DNA of 48,399 bases from Chthonomonadales bacterium (GCA_038217285.1 JBBQPO010000012.1:1-48399), one strand, 5' to 3'. Counted from the stretch's first letter, positions 28,523 to 37,683 are shown. Made by a program: numbers and translations. Notes: generated from the letters alone by a model not told the origin.

Positions 28523-28648
28523 GGGTGTTTCCTCCTTCATCAAGAGCGCAGAACAAACCGCTTGATATTTGACGCGAAGATCGGCGATGATAGGATCTCG
28601 ATTTCGCCGTTTCCGACGCTGTGCCTCCGTGTAGATTCGCTCGCTGAC

Positions 28649-28654
28649 ATTATA
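28649..28654 (-). promoter_or_regulatory. Candidate -10 element for the DUF6398-SWIM pair
   Basis: TGGTATAAT on the minus strand about 130 bp upstream of the DUF6398 start. Confidence 0.4.
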
Positions 28655-28784
28655 CCATCGAGTACAGTTCAGCCCTGCTGTTGGACCACAATGGTGGTCA
28701 GTTCGTCATAAGTTGGAGTGGCAGACTTGCTCATAAGCAGCATTACGAACGGACAGACATAAAATACTCACCAGTCTGAACAGT

Positions 28785-28814
28785 ATCCATAGCCTCCTGA
28801 TCCATAGCCTCCTG
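28785..28814. repeat. 15-bp tandem duplication
   Basis: atccatagcctcctg x2; on the minus strand CAGGAGGCTATGGAT x2, a duplicated RBS plus ATG. Confidence 0.9.
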
Positions 28815-28831
28815 TGTGAATGGTTCCATTT

Positions 28832-30313
28832 TTAAGAAAATTCGGGTAGCGGGAAGGTAACAATAACCCTCCCTCCGCCTTTCTCACGGTTCTCATACGC
28901 TGTCTGCCCCCGCAAATCCCAATGCACAAAGCTCTCGATGAGTTCCAATCCTGTGTTCGCCGCCTTCTTGGGGTCAAAGTCGGTGGGGAAACCGGGGCCA
29001 TCGTCACACACTTCCAACTGCGCTATTCTGTGTCCGCCTTCTTCTGCCTTCTGCGGCAACAGCGAGAGCGTAACTTCCACATCACCTTTACCATGTTTGA
29101 GGGCATTAGAAACCAGTTCGTTGACCAGCAGCACAAACGAGCCAACCTGTTTCAGAGTGGAACGCATCTCGTCCGCCCGAATGCAGATTTTCCGGTTGCC
29201 TGCGGTGACTTGCAGCAGGGGAACCAGTTTCTCCAATGCGGCGCTTAGAGAAACGACGTCCTGGTCTGTGGCGACTTTCGATTCCAACGTCAGCAAGTCG
29301 TGAAGGGTCGCCATGGTGAGAATATGCTGCCCGATGCGCCGCAGGTAAGAAACGGGAATCGTTTCCTCGGTGTCAGGCATTTGCATTTCGACCAGGGCGG
29401 AAAGCATCTGCAGGTTATTCTTGATCCGGTGGTGCGATTCCGCGACGGCGCGCTGCAACCGGGCGTTCAAATCTGTAATCTCCCGTTGCGCCTGCTTTTG
29501 CTCGGTCACGTTCAGGGTCGTGCCAATGATGCGCTGCATTGTGCCTTCGGTGTCGCGCATAACCCGGCCCTGCTCGAACACAGAGATATAGTGGCCTTCA
29601 CGGTGGCGGACACGGTATTCTTCCTCGTAGGCGCTGTCGGTCGCATGGAGGCTCGAAATTTTTTCTTGTGGGGCTTTCAGATCGTCAGGATGCATTTGGC
29701 CCGCCCACCATTCGGCGGTTGGGGGAACCTCCTCCGGGGCATACCCCACGAGCTTGTGCAATCCTTGTGAGCGAAAGACACACGCGGTTTCCAGGTTCCA
29801 GTCGAAGATAAAGCCGTTCATGGTATCCAGCGCCAGACGAAGCCGCTCCTCACTGGCGTTCAGCGTGGCTTCGTAGCGTTGCCGTTCGGAGAGATCGTAG
29901 AAGTGGCATACCGCGCCGAACCGTCCGTCAGGCAGTGTCAAGCGCTCAATCTTCCAGTCATAGGACTCGACCTTGCCAATGTCCTGACGGCGCTCGACCG
30001 TGCTAGGCGCGTGGTAAGGCTCACCCGTCTCCAGCGTGTGGTGGAAGAGGCCGATAACCTCGCTGGCGAACGGATCAGGCCAAATAAGATGTATCACCTC
30101 CGCAAAGTCGCGACCAATAAGTGGGCGCACATTCTCGAAAACCTTCTGCGCCCCGGCGCTCACCTGCACCAGCTGGAAATCGGCGTCCACCACGTAAATG
30201 CCAAACGGCGAGTAGTCCACCAGATGCCGGAACGTATCGTGTGCGGCACGCAAAGCTTCCTCACCCTGTTTGCGCGCCGATACATCTTGACTAATAGCAA
30301 CGGTATGGATCAA
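28832..30313 (-). CDS. PAS/PAC sensor histidine kinase (HisKA_2 type), N-terminally truncated
   Basis: Two PAS domains, ESHHRIKNNLQ H-box, NELVSNALKHG, DDGPGFP and TGLELI. The ORF begins in the middle of a PAC motif whose first half lies upstream of TAG 30329-30331. Confidence 0.85.
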   Translation of the reverse strand: MIHTVAISQDVSARKQGEEALRAAHDTFRHLVDYSPFGIYVVDADFQLVQVSAGAQKVFENVRPLIGRDFAEVIHLIWPDPFASEVIGLFHHTLETGEPYHAPSTVERRQDIGKVESYDWKIERLTLPDGRFGAVCHFYDLSERQRYEATLNASEERLRLALDTMNGFIFDWNLETACVFRSQGLHKLVGYAPEEVPPTAEWWAGQMHPDDLKAPQEKISSLHATDSAYEEEYRVRHREGHYISVFEQGRVMRDTEGTMQRIIGTTLNVTEQKQAQREITDLNARLQRAVAESHHRIKNNLQMLSALVEMQMPDTEETIPVSYLRRIGQHILTMATLHDLLTLESKVATDQDVVSLSAALEKLVPLLQVTAGNRKICIRADEMRSTLKQVGSFVLLVNELVSNALKHGKGDVEVTLSLLPQKAEEGGHRIAQLEVCDDGPGFPTDFDPKKAANTGLELIESFVHWDLRGQTAYENREKGGGRVIVTFPLPEFS

Positions 30314-30399
30314 CCTTTTCTCCTCATCCTAAATGGGAACTGCATGGACGACTATCGTTCCGGTTGTGCCGTCGAAGCGCTCAAAGATGAATTCACGTA

Positions 30400-30673
30400 C
30401 CAGCAGGCAAGCGAAAAACAGTACGTTGCCATTCTACGCAAAATGAGGCGATTCCTGCAAACGTTCTAGTGGACGTGAACGATGCCTGCATTTCAGAAAC
30501 ACAATCACGGTGCGGAGCATGGATGGCATTACATTATCGGGCTGGAGCCGGGGATACCGGAGGACATCACCGATTTGGAGAACGCTCTCCATCCGCCGGA
30601 ACCGTTTCATTCCGTCAAAATCGGGCGGAAATACAAGAAGTGTTGTGATGAAACGGTTGCGGAGGAAGGATAA
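30400..30673 (+). pseudogene. Remnant of a SEC-C motif protein 3' end
   Basis: PPEPFHSVKIGRKYKKCC matches SEC-C (KIGRNDPCPCGSGxKYKKCC) lacking its central residues; in-frame stops lie upstream. 5' limit approximate. Confidence 0.55.
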
Positions 30674-30720
30674 ATATCCTTCTGCGTAGAAATGAAGGAG
30701 AAATATGGAGGAGACGGTCA

Positions 30721-31476
30721 TTGACTCTGGATAGCGCATTGCAAGAACATGAGGAGCAGGTGGATACCCTGCTCAAGGCGGCGACCAAGTATGTTGGGGC
30801 TCTGAAGGCCTGGAAGAAAGCCTGTCAGATAGGTCATATCGGAAACTTACAAAAAGCAGCGACGACGGCCGGGGAGTTGAGTCGCACTCTGCCCGGAACG
30901 ACCGCAGAAACAAAGAGCGCGTGGAGTTTCGACGTACAGGACTATCTGGAAACCGACGCCTGGCGCAAAGAACTGCAGGCGACTGCGGCGGAGCGCTTCA
31001 GCCTTCGGACGCTGGAAGACGAAGAGACGCTGATCTCCTCTCCGATCACGGTACGCGCGCTGCCTGCACGCGGTCTTTTGGCGCTCGGCAAGGTCAACTG
31101 GCCGGCCCTTCGCCCTAAAGTGGTTGCCGCCGAACTCAAGCGCCTGCGGGATCGCACGGCGGGAGCCAACTCCCAGGAGTTCATCGAGAGTCTCTTCGGC
31201 GCCTGCGTCCAACTCAGCAGTAAGAGTGACCCCCACGCCAAATTTCGCGACATCTACGATCTGTTCTGCCTGACCCCCGGCTACAAAAAAGAGAATCCGC
31301 CCGCCGCGTTCGGACAGCAGCTTTATGCGCTGCATCGTACCGACCTCCGCATGACGCGCGCTGGCCGTAAACTTGAGATCGAGGGCGCCACCGGGAGCTA
31401 CAAAGAGAAGGACGTCTTCACCGTCATCTCCGAAGATGGTCGTCCCATCCGCTACTTCACGATCTTCTTCAAATAG
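30721..31476 (+). CDS. Hypothetical protein, first gene of the BrxD-like ATPase/SNF2 operon
   Basis: 251 aa, GGAGGAG RBS before TTG, helical N-terminus; the C-terminus may be winged-helix-like (weak). Confidence 0.8.
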   Translation: MTLDSALQEHEEQVDTLLKAATKYVGALKAWKKACQIGHIGNLQKAATTAGELSRTLPGTTAETKSAWSFDVQDYLETDAWRKELQATAAERFSLRTLEDEETLISSPITVRALPARGLLALGKVNWPALRPKVVAAELKRLRDRTAGANSQEFIESLFGACVQLSSKSDPHAKFRDIYDLFCLTPGYKKENPPAAFGQQLYALHRTDLRMTRAGRKLEIEGATGSYKEKDVFTVISEDGRPIRYFTIFFK

Positions 31477-31493
31477 ACCAGGAGGCCGCACTG

Positions 31494-32606
31494 ATGGCAG
31501 AACCGCTTCCCTCTTTGACAGTGGAAGACTGGCTGGCGACGGTAGAGTATGAGTATCTTGCGGACTATGTGCGCTCCGGTGGGTCTGCCGTCAAGGTCAT
31601 CTCCGGGACGGACGCGCAACTCAAGCAGGTCGCCGGCCGTGTGCATGCCCTGGCGGCGTCCGGCGACTATTTTACAGCCCATCTCGATCCTGGGCAGCCA
31701 GATGAGATGGGCAAACGCCCCGACCTGCACCGTATAGACCGCTTCTTCTTCAAGGTCACGGAGGCGGTCGATTGGAAGGCGTGGGCGGCGATTCAGGCAC
31801 GGCAGTATCTGGAGACCCAAGGTATCCATCTCGCGGAAGGCCGCGCGCTCGGCGACCTGGAACAGATCGCGTTGGACAACGGCAGGGATTCGCAGGACCT
31901 GCTCAACCAGTACCAGCGCGAACTGGTCACGCCGCAGATCCGCGACACGCGGCTCTCGATAGAGTTCCGTACCGCCGTCACCGCGCTCGGGCGCGCTCTG
32001 CTCATTCCCGACGCCGTCTCCCCGACGTCCGAAGAGGTGCTGCTGGGCTGGTTCTCGGGGCAGGCGCTGCCTGGGGCGGCCTCCGCGCTGAAAAAGGTGC
32101 AGATATACGAGCGGATCAATCTGGCGAACGCGCGCCCCATGCTCGTCTCCTTCTGCCACTGGCTGCCGCAGACCGGCCACTCCGGCCTGGTCGTCACGCT
32201 CGATTTTCGACCCTACGAGTTTAAGAAGATCGCCAAAGGCAAACGGCAAGCGGAACAGCTCCAGAAGGTGCGTGAAGCTCTCTCGCGCGGCGCGTCCTCC
32301 GAGGAACTCGCACGGTTGGCGGAGGAGGAGAACAGTGTGGAGCCCGAACTCCACTACAGCGACGCGGCCTATATGCAGATGCTGACGATGTTACGCCGGT
32401 TCATCGACGAGATCGACCGGTTCGAGCGGTTCTTCCTGGTTGTCCTCACCAGTCCCAACTTCTACAAAGACAAAACGCTCGACCCGACCGTAAAACGCTG
32501 CTATTTCGACTACGATGCGCTGCAGACGCGCATCGGGCAAGAGGTGCATGACGCCCGTTACGCCAATCCTGCCGCGTCGCTCGTGCAGTTGGGAGGTGCC
32601 GAATGA
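31494..32606 (+). CDS. BrxD/DUF2791-like P-loop protein with degenerate Walker A
   Basis: YVRSGGSAVKVISG followed by TDAQLKQ where GxGKT is expected. Also AFR-like EFRTAVTAL..LLGWFSG, INLANARPML, GHSGLVVTLD, MLRRFIDEID and YDALQTRI, matching DUF2791 patterns. Confidence 0.7.
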   Translation: MAEPLPSLTVEDWLATVEYEYLADYVRSGGSAVKVISGTDAQLKQVAGRVHALAASGDYFTAHLDPGQPDEMGKRPDLHRIDRFFFKVTEAVDWKAWAAIQARQYLETQGIHLAEGRALGDLEQIALDNGRDSQDLLNQYQRELVTPQIRDTRLSIEFRTAVTALGRALLIPDAVSPTSEEVLLGWFSGQALPGAASALKKVQIYERINLANARPMLVSFCHWLPQTGHSGLVVTLDFRPYEFKKIAKGKRQAEQLQKVREALSRGASSEELARLAEEENSVEPELHYSDAAYMQMLTMLRRFIDEIDRFERFFLVVLTSPNFYKDKTLDPTVKRCYFDYDALQTRIGQEVHDARYANPAASLVQLGGAE

Positions 32607-33829
32607 GTCCGGAAGTTGTGGAGGCGAGAAGCGCGATCGAATCGCTGCGTTCGGGGGTTCCAAGCCGGGACGTGGTCGCGCAGTTGGGAACCACGCAGCA
32701 CGATGTGCGCGAGCGTTTTGAAGAGTCGCTGGACGCGCTGGCGGCAGGGCAGGGGGTGAGTCCGATCATTATTTCGGCGACCTTCGGTGCGGGCAAGACA
32801 CATCTGCTCAACTACCTGCAAGCGCTTGCGGAGCGAGAGGGGTTCGTCACGAGTTACGCGGTCATCAGCCCGGAGATGCCGCTGGGCAATGCACATATGG
32901 TCGTGAAAGCCCTCTCCGAAGCCGCGTCCGCACCCGGACTGACCGGGAAAGCCGTGCGCGCACTGGCCGCCAACCTGCGCACCGATTCGAGCGCCTATCA
33001 GGAGCTTCAGGGTTGGGCGCGGAGCGCGACGATCGACGACCGGTTTCGGGCGCTGCTCCATCTCTACGAGGCTTTTCGGGCCGACGAAGAGTTTCGCGTT
33101 CAGATCCTCAACGACTTCGAGGGGCGGGCGATCCTGAAGACCATCCTCAAGAATCGCCTGAAGCAGATCAACCAGGCCGCCGCTTACGATCTGACCGGGC
33201 CGCGCAGCGCCTTCGTGGCCCATGATCGCATCCGTCTGCTGGCGCAGTTCTTTCGCGCGAGTGGCTGCAAGGGCTGGGTCGTCCTGTTCGACGAGATGGA
33301 GCGCGTCGGGAAGTTCTCCCTCAACCAGCGACTGGCAGCCTACTCGGAACTGGGCTGGTGGCGTGAGGCGGCGGAACAGGCCGGCAGTGCGCTCCTGCCC
33401 GTCTTCACGACGGCGAGCGGCTTCGTTACCGAGTCGGTCACGGGTGGCACACACGACGAACAGCGGCTGAGTTCCGGCGGCTTCGCACAGGACGAAAGAG
33501 ATCAACGCGCGCGGCGCGGGATCGAACTGCTCAAAGCGCCCTTCCGACTGGAATCGCCGACCCGAGAACAGGAGGCCGAGATCGAATATCGCGTCAGAGC
33601 GATCTACGAAGCGGCTTACGGTACGACGGTTCCACCCCTGCCGGCAGCGCGGAACGACGTTCGGATCTCGATCCGCTCGGAGATGCGACGCTGGATCACC
33701 CTGTGGGATCTGCACCGGTACTATCCGGCCTATCAGCCGGAGGTAGAGGTGGGGGAGATGCATTTCGACGCGACCGCCATCGCGGACACCGACATCGTGC
33801 CGGAGGATGAGGACGGAGCGCGGGAGTAG
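32603..33829 (+). CDS. BrxD/DUF2791-family ATPase (BREX system ATP-binding domain)
   Basis: ARSAIESLRSGVPS N-terminal motif, Walker A ATFGAGKTHLL, GFVTSYAVISPEMPL and Walker B GWVVLFDEME. ATGA overlap with the upstream gene. Confidence 0.85.
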   Translation: MSPEVVEARSAIESLRSGVPSRDVVAQLGTTQHDVRERFEESLDALAAGQGVSPIIISATFGAGKTHLLNYLQALAEREGFVTSYAVISPEMPLGNAHMVVKALSEAASAPGLTGKAVRALAANLRTDSSAYQELQGWARSATIDDRFRALLHLYEAFRADEEFRVQILNDFEGRAILKTILKNRLKQINQAAAYDLTGPRSAFVAHDRIRLLAQFFRASGCKGWVVLFDEMERVGKFSLNQRLAAYSELGWWREAAEQAGSALLPVFTTASGFVTESVTGGTHDEQRLSSGGFAQDERDQRARRGIELLKAPFRLESPTREQEAEIEYRVRAIYEAAYGTTVPPLPAARNDVRISIRSEMRRWITLWDLHRYYPAYQPEVEVGEMHFDATAIADTDIVPEDEDGARE

Positions 33830-33832
33830 CTT

Positions 33833-34369
33833 ATGCCTGTCCCTTATCGCAAAACACCCCGCGCCGCCGAGTTCGGTCAGGCCGCTTACCTGGACATCGT
33901 GTGGCTGCCTTCCGACCGGACTCTCTATGGTGGCCTGCTGGTCCTGGATGGAAAGGGACAGCCGCAGGAGTTCGTCCACAACACGCTGGCTGCGCCATCC
34001 GGCCTGCTCTGGCCGGACGACAAGGTACAGTCGCTTGGCATCGTCATGCTGGCGCACTCCCTATTCGACGCCTGCCGCCGCGAACCCGATCTGCTCATCG
34101 GCCTGCCCACCCTCGGCTCGCCCGAAACGTGCCGAACGGAGATCGCGCCGTCCATTCCGTTTGTCCAGGTTATTCCGGCCCAGGACGGGATTCCGGCGCA
34201 ATGGAACTGGATGAACGAGCCGCCCTCCGGCGCGATGCGAGCGGCCATCCTGGCGCAGGAGCTAGAGCGGCGCGGCTTCATTGTCGAGCCGTTCGAGCGG
34301 CTGCACCACGCGCTCCGTCTGGTCTATCCGCAGGCGGCCTGGCACGGGGGCGACGAGGATGCAGCTTAG
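33833..34369 (+). CDS. Hypothetical protein
   Basis: 178 aa, starts 3 nt after the ATPase stop and overlaps the helicase start; YGGLLVLDGKGQPQEF..PDLLI..EPFERL pattern. Confidence 0.75.
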   Translation: MPVPYRKTPRAAEFGQAAYLDIVWLPSDRTLYGGLLVLDGKGQPQEFVHNTLAAPSGLLWPDDKVQSLGIVMLAHSLFDACRREPDLLIGLPTLGSPETCRTEIAPSIPFVQVIPAQDGIPAQWNWMNEPPSGAMRAAILAQELERRGFIVEPFERLHHALRLVYPQAAWHGGDEDAA

Positions 34370-36023
34370 TGTCGGGGTGGCGAAACGCGAGAAGGTCGGT
34401 GCCTTTCGACAGGGTGTGCCCGCCTATTTCGAGGTAGGAAACTGGGAGTTGGGCCGCGCTATCCGCCACACGGTCGGCTGGTTCGACTACGACACGCTGG
34501 ACGATCCCTCGCTGTTGGGTGGAGAGGCGGGGGAAGGCGAAGGTGCACAGTCCTCACTCTCCGAGGCTGCCGACCTGATGCGGCGGTTGGCGGCGGCCCT
34601 CCAGCCTTCCTGTACCACCCTGGCGACGCCGGACGGCGTTCTGGAGTGGCCTGCTCCCCTGCTGCCCTATCAGCGCGAAGGCGTCCTGGCGCTGCTGTCG
34701 CGCAACGCGCTGCTGCTCGCAGACAGCATGGGCCTCGGAAAAACGATTCAGGCCATCGCTGCGCTGCGCATCCTTATCCACCAGGGGAACCTCACAACGG
34801 CATTGATCGTCTGTCCCGCCTCGCTGCTTACCCAGTGGCGGCGTGAGTTGGCACGGTGGGCTCCCGATCTGAAGGTGGTTCCCGTGTCCGGCAGTCCGTC
34901 GGTTCGCGGTCATCTCTGGCAGTTGCCCGCGCATATCAAGCTGGTCGGTTACGAGACGCTGCGCGCCGATGTCATGGATCTGCGGGACAGTCCGGTACTG
35001 CAGAAGCCGTGGGGCGTCGTGATTCTGGACGAAGCCTCCCGCATCAAGAATCGGCGCTCCTCCGTCGCTATCGCCTGCAAACGTGTTCCGCGTGAACGTC
35101 GCTGGGCCCTCACTGGCACACCGCTCGAAAACAGCGTGGATGATGTCGCCTCCCTCCTCGACTTCCTGCTTCTCGATCCGGATGCGCCTCCCCCTCCGCC
35201 ACTCGGGCTTGCCGAACTCAAAGCGCAACTCCTTGCCAACCAACTGCGGCGTCGGAAAGAGGATGTGCTGCCGGATCTGCCGCCGAAACGGATCAGCGAT
35301 GTCGTCATCGAACTGCCCACCCGGCAGCGCGAAGCCTACGATCGCGCCGAACAGGAGGGCATCGTGCAGTTGACGCAGGCGGCGGGCTCCGTGACCATCG
35401 TCCATGTCCTGGAGTTGATCTCCCGCCTCAAGCAGTTGTGCAACTACGATCCCAGCAGCGGCGAGTCGGGCAAACTGGCGGACATTCGAGAGCGGATGGT
35501 TGCTCTAGTGGCAGAAGGACAGCGGGCGCTCATCTTCTCCCAGTTTACGGACGATATATTCGGTATCGGAAGGCTCTCCGACGTCCTGCGCGAATTTCAG
35601 CCGCTGACCTTCACCGGCAGCATGAGCCTCCGCCAACGTGCCGAGATCGTCGAGCGGTTTCTCCAGCACCCACAACACAAAGCCCTGCTTCTCTCCCTGC
35701 GCGCCGGAGCCCAGGGGTTGAACTTGCAGACCGCCTCCTATGTGTTTCACTTCGACCGCTGGTGGAACCCCGCTATCGAGGAGCAGGCGGATGGTCGTGT
35801 GCATCGTATGGGCCAGACCTATCCCGTCACGATCTACCGCTATATCTGCGCCAACACCATTGAAGACCGCATCGACGCCAAACTCCGCGAGAAACGGAAG
35901 ATGTTTCAGGAGGTCGTGGAGGATGTCAGCCTGGAACTGACGACAGCCCTCTCCGAACGGGAGATATTCGATCTGGTCGGCATCTCCGCACGGCACCCTA
36001 TTCGCAGAGCAGATCCCCGTTAG
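34359..36023 (+). CDS. SNF2-family (SF2) helicase/translocase
   Basis: LLPYQREG, LLADSMGLGKTIQA, LIVCPASL, ILDEASRIKN, LTGTPLEN, LIFSQF, GAQGLNL and WWNPAIEEQADGRVHRMGQ motifs. Start proposed at ATG 34359. Confidence 0.93.
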   Translation: MQLSVGVAKREKVGAFRQGVPAYFEVGNWELGRAIRHTVGWFDYDTLDDPSLLGGEAGEGEGAQSSLSEAADLMRRLAAALQPSCTTLATPDGVLEWPAPLLPYQREGVLALLSRNALLLADSMGLGKTIQAIAALRILIHQGNLTTALIVCPASLLTQWRRELARWAPDLKVVPVSGSPSVRGHLWQLPAHIKLVGYETLRADVMDLRDSPVLQKPWGVVILDEASRIKNRRSSVAIACKRVPRERRWALTGTPLENSVDDVASLLDFLLLDPDAPPPPPLGLAELKAQLLANQLRRRKEDVLPDLPPKRISDVVIELPTRQREAYDRAEQEGIVQLTQAAGSVTIVHVLELISRLKQLCNYDPSSGESGKLADIRERMVALVAEGQRALIFSQFTDDIFGIGRLSDVLREFQPLTFTGSMSLRQRAEIVERFLQHPQHKALLLSLRAGAQGLNLQTASYVFHFDRWWNPAIEEQADGRVHRMGQTYPVTIYRYICANTIEDRIDAKLREKRKMFQEVVEDVSLELTTALSEREIFDLVGISARHPIRRADPR

Positions 36024-36051
36024 CAGGCCAGGAGGGACGCTGTCATCGCTG

Positions 36052-37683
36052 TCATGTATCTGAGGAGGAGGGCGTCTGGGCCTGCCACATGGTCCAGTTT
36101 CCATTGAACAGTCGCGGGGGGCCGTCCTGCTCGAATACGAGCAGTTGCGTGGTGACCTTATCCAGAAAAAAGCGGTCATGGCTGACGACCACAACAGCTC
36201 CCGGAAAGTGGATCAGCGCCTGCTCCATCACCTGGGTACTGGTCAGATCGAGATGATTTGTCGGCTCGTCCAGGACCAGAACCTGCGCCCCGGAGAGCAG
36301 ACACTGGGCCAGGGCGACCCGCGCCTTCTGCCCCCCGGAGAGCGTTCCGATCCGCTGCTGAAGGTCCATTTCTGAGAACTGCAGCAATGAGAGAAAGCGG
36401 TTTACCTGCTTACGCTGCGCCTGGCCTGCCATGCTGAACTGCCCGCCGGTTGTGTTCACGGCATGCGTGACCGTGTCTTTCAGGTCGAGATCTCTCTGCA
36501 CCGCGTTGAAGTCGGCGAAGGAGACTCCGCGCTCCCACACGACCTTGCCGGAGTCGGGAGTTTCCTGGCCCGTCAGGAGGCGCAGCAACGTGGACTTGCC
36601 GCTGCCATTCGAGCCGATGACGCCTAATCGCTCTCCCCGCGCCAGTTCCAGCGTGACCCCTTCAAAGAGACGATGTTCGCCGTAAGCATGGGCTACCTCT
36701 TCCACACGACACAAACGGTCGGGGATGCGAAGGCCCTGATAGAGACTGGTGATGATGGTGTCGATGGGGCGAGGGGTACGGCGTTTGCGGATATCCGCCA
36801 GTTTGCGGTGCAGGGTGTCACTGGGATCACGGGCCAACTCCTCACGGTCGGAAGCCGCTTCACCTTCCAGAGTCAGCATCTCTTCCTCATGTTCGAACTG
36901 CCGTTCCAGCGTTTTAAGGCGGAAGGGTTTGGTACGTACATAGTGGGTGTAGTTGCCGGGATAGTCGTGGAGATGATAGTTTTCCACCTCCACCACACGC
37001 GTCACCACTTTGTCGAGGAACTGCCGGTCGTGCGAGACGAGGAGCAGCCCGCCGCGGTAGTCCCGCAACCACGATTCCAGCCAGGCCAGTCCTGCTACGT
37101 CCAGAAAGTTCGTCGGCTCATCCAGAAGCAGCACATCGGGCTGTTCCAGCAGGATGCGCGAGAGGGAGGCCCGAATACGCCAGCCGCCCGAGAGTTCGTC
37201 GATAGGCTGGTGGCGGCGTGTGGCGTTGAACCCGAGTTTGGTCAGCACGGTGTCGATCTGCCTTGGGTAGTCCCACCCGCCCCGAGACTCCATCTCCTCT
37301 AGCAGGTGCGCCTGCCGATCGATCAGTCGTTCCATCTCCGCCATGTCGGTGACCGTCTGAAGCGCGAGGCCAATCCGGTCCAGTTCGGCCTCGACGGCTC
37401 GCAGATCGGCGAACAGGGCTTCGAGCACCTGCTGGATCGAGGCCGTGCCACTCAAGTCGGAGAACTGAGAAAAGTATCCCAGTCGGATGCCTTGGTTGAC
37501 CTCGACATCGCCTTCGTCCGGCTCCTCTTCACCCAGAATCAGGCGGAGCAGGGTCGTCTTACCCGCGCCGTTTCTGCCGAGCAGTCCGACACGCTCACCT
37601 GCCCGCAGGCGGAAAGAGACATCGCGCAAGACCAGACGATCATCGTAACGCTTGGTGACGCGGCTGATACGTACCAGGCTCAT
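36052..37683 (-). CDS. ABC-F family ATP-binding protein
   Basis: Two ABC domains (GRNGAGKT / LSGGW / LLLDEPTN and GSNGSGKS / LSGGQ / VLDEPTNHLD), VSHDR, no transmembrane segments. Confidence 0.93.
   Translation of the reverse strand: MSLVRISRVTKRYDDRLVLRDVSFRLRAGERVGLLGRNGAGKTTLLRLILGEEEPDEGDVEVNQGIRLGYFSQFSDLSGTASIQQVLEALFADLRAVEAELDRIGLALQTVTDMAEMERLIDRQAHLLEEMESRGGWDYPRQIDTVLTKLGFNATRRHQPIDELSGGWRIRASLSRILLEQPDVLLLDEPTNFLDVAGLAWLESWLRDYRGGLLLVSHDRQFLDKVVTRVVEVENYHLHDYPGNYTHYVRTKPFRLKTLERQFEHEEEMLTLEGEAASDREELARDPSDTLHRKLADIRKRRTPRPIDTIITSLYQGLRIPDRLCRVEEVAHAYGEHRLFEGVTLELARGERLGVIGSNGSGKSTLLRLLTGQETPDSGKVVWERGVSFADFNAVQRDLDLKDTVTHAVNTTGGQFSMAGQAQRKQVNRFLSLLQFSEMDLQQRIGTLSGGQKARVALAQCLLSGAQVLVLDEPTNHLDLTSTQVMEQALIHFPGAVVVVSHDRFFLDKVTTQLLVFEQDGPPRLFNGNWTMWQAQTPSSSDT

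Noticed and set aside
30721-36023. Calling the operon BREX or Shango
   Set aside because: No PglZ, PglX or PglW and no recognisable TerB domain in the window; the helicase is SNF2-type and the ATPase is duplicated.
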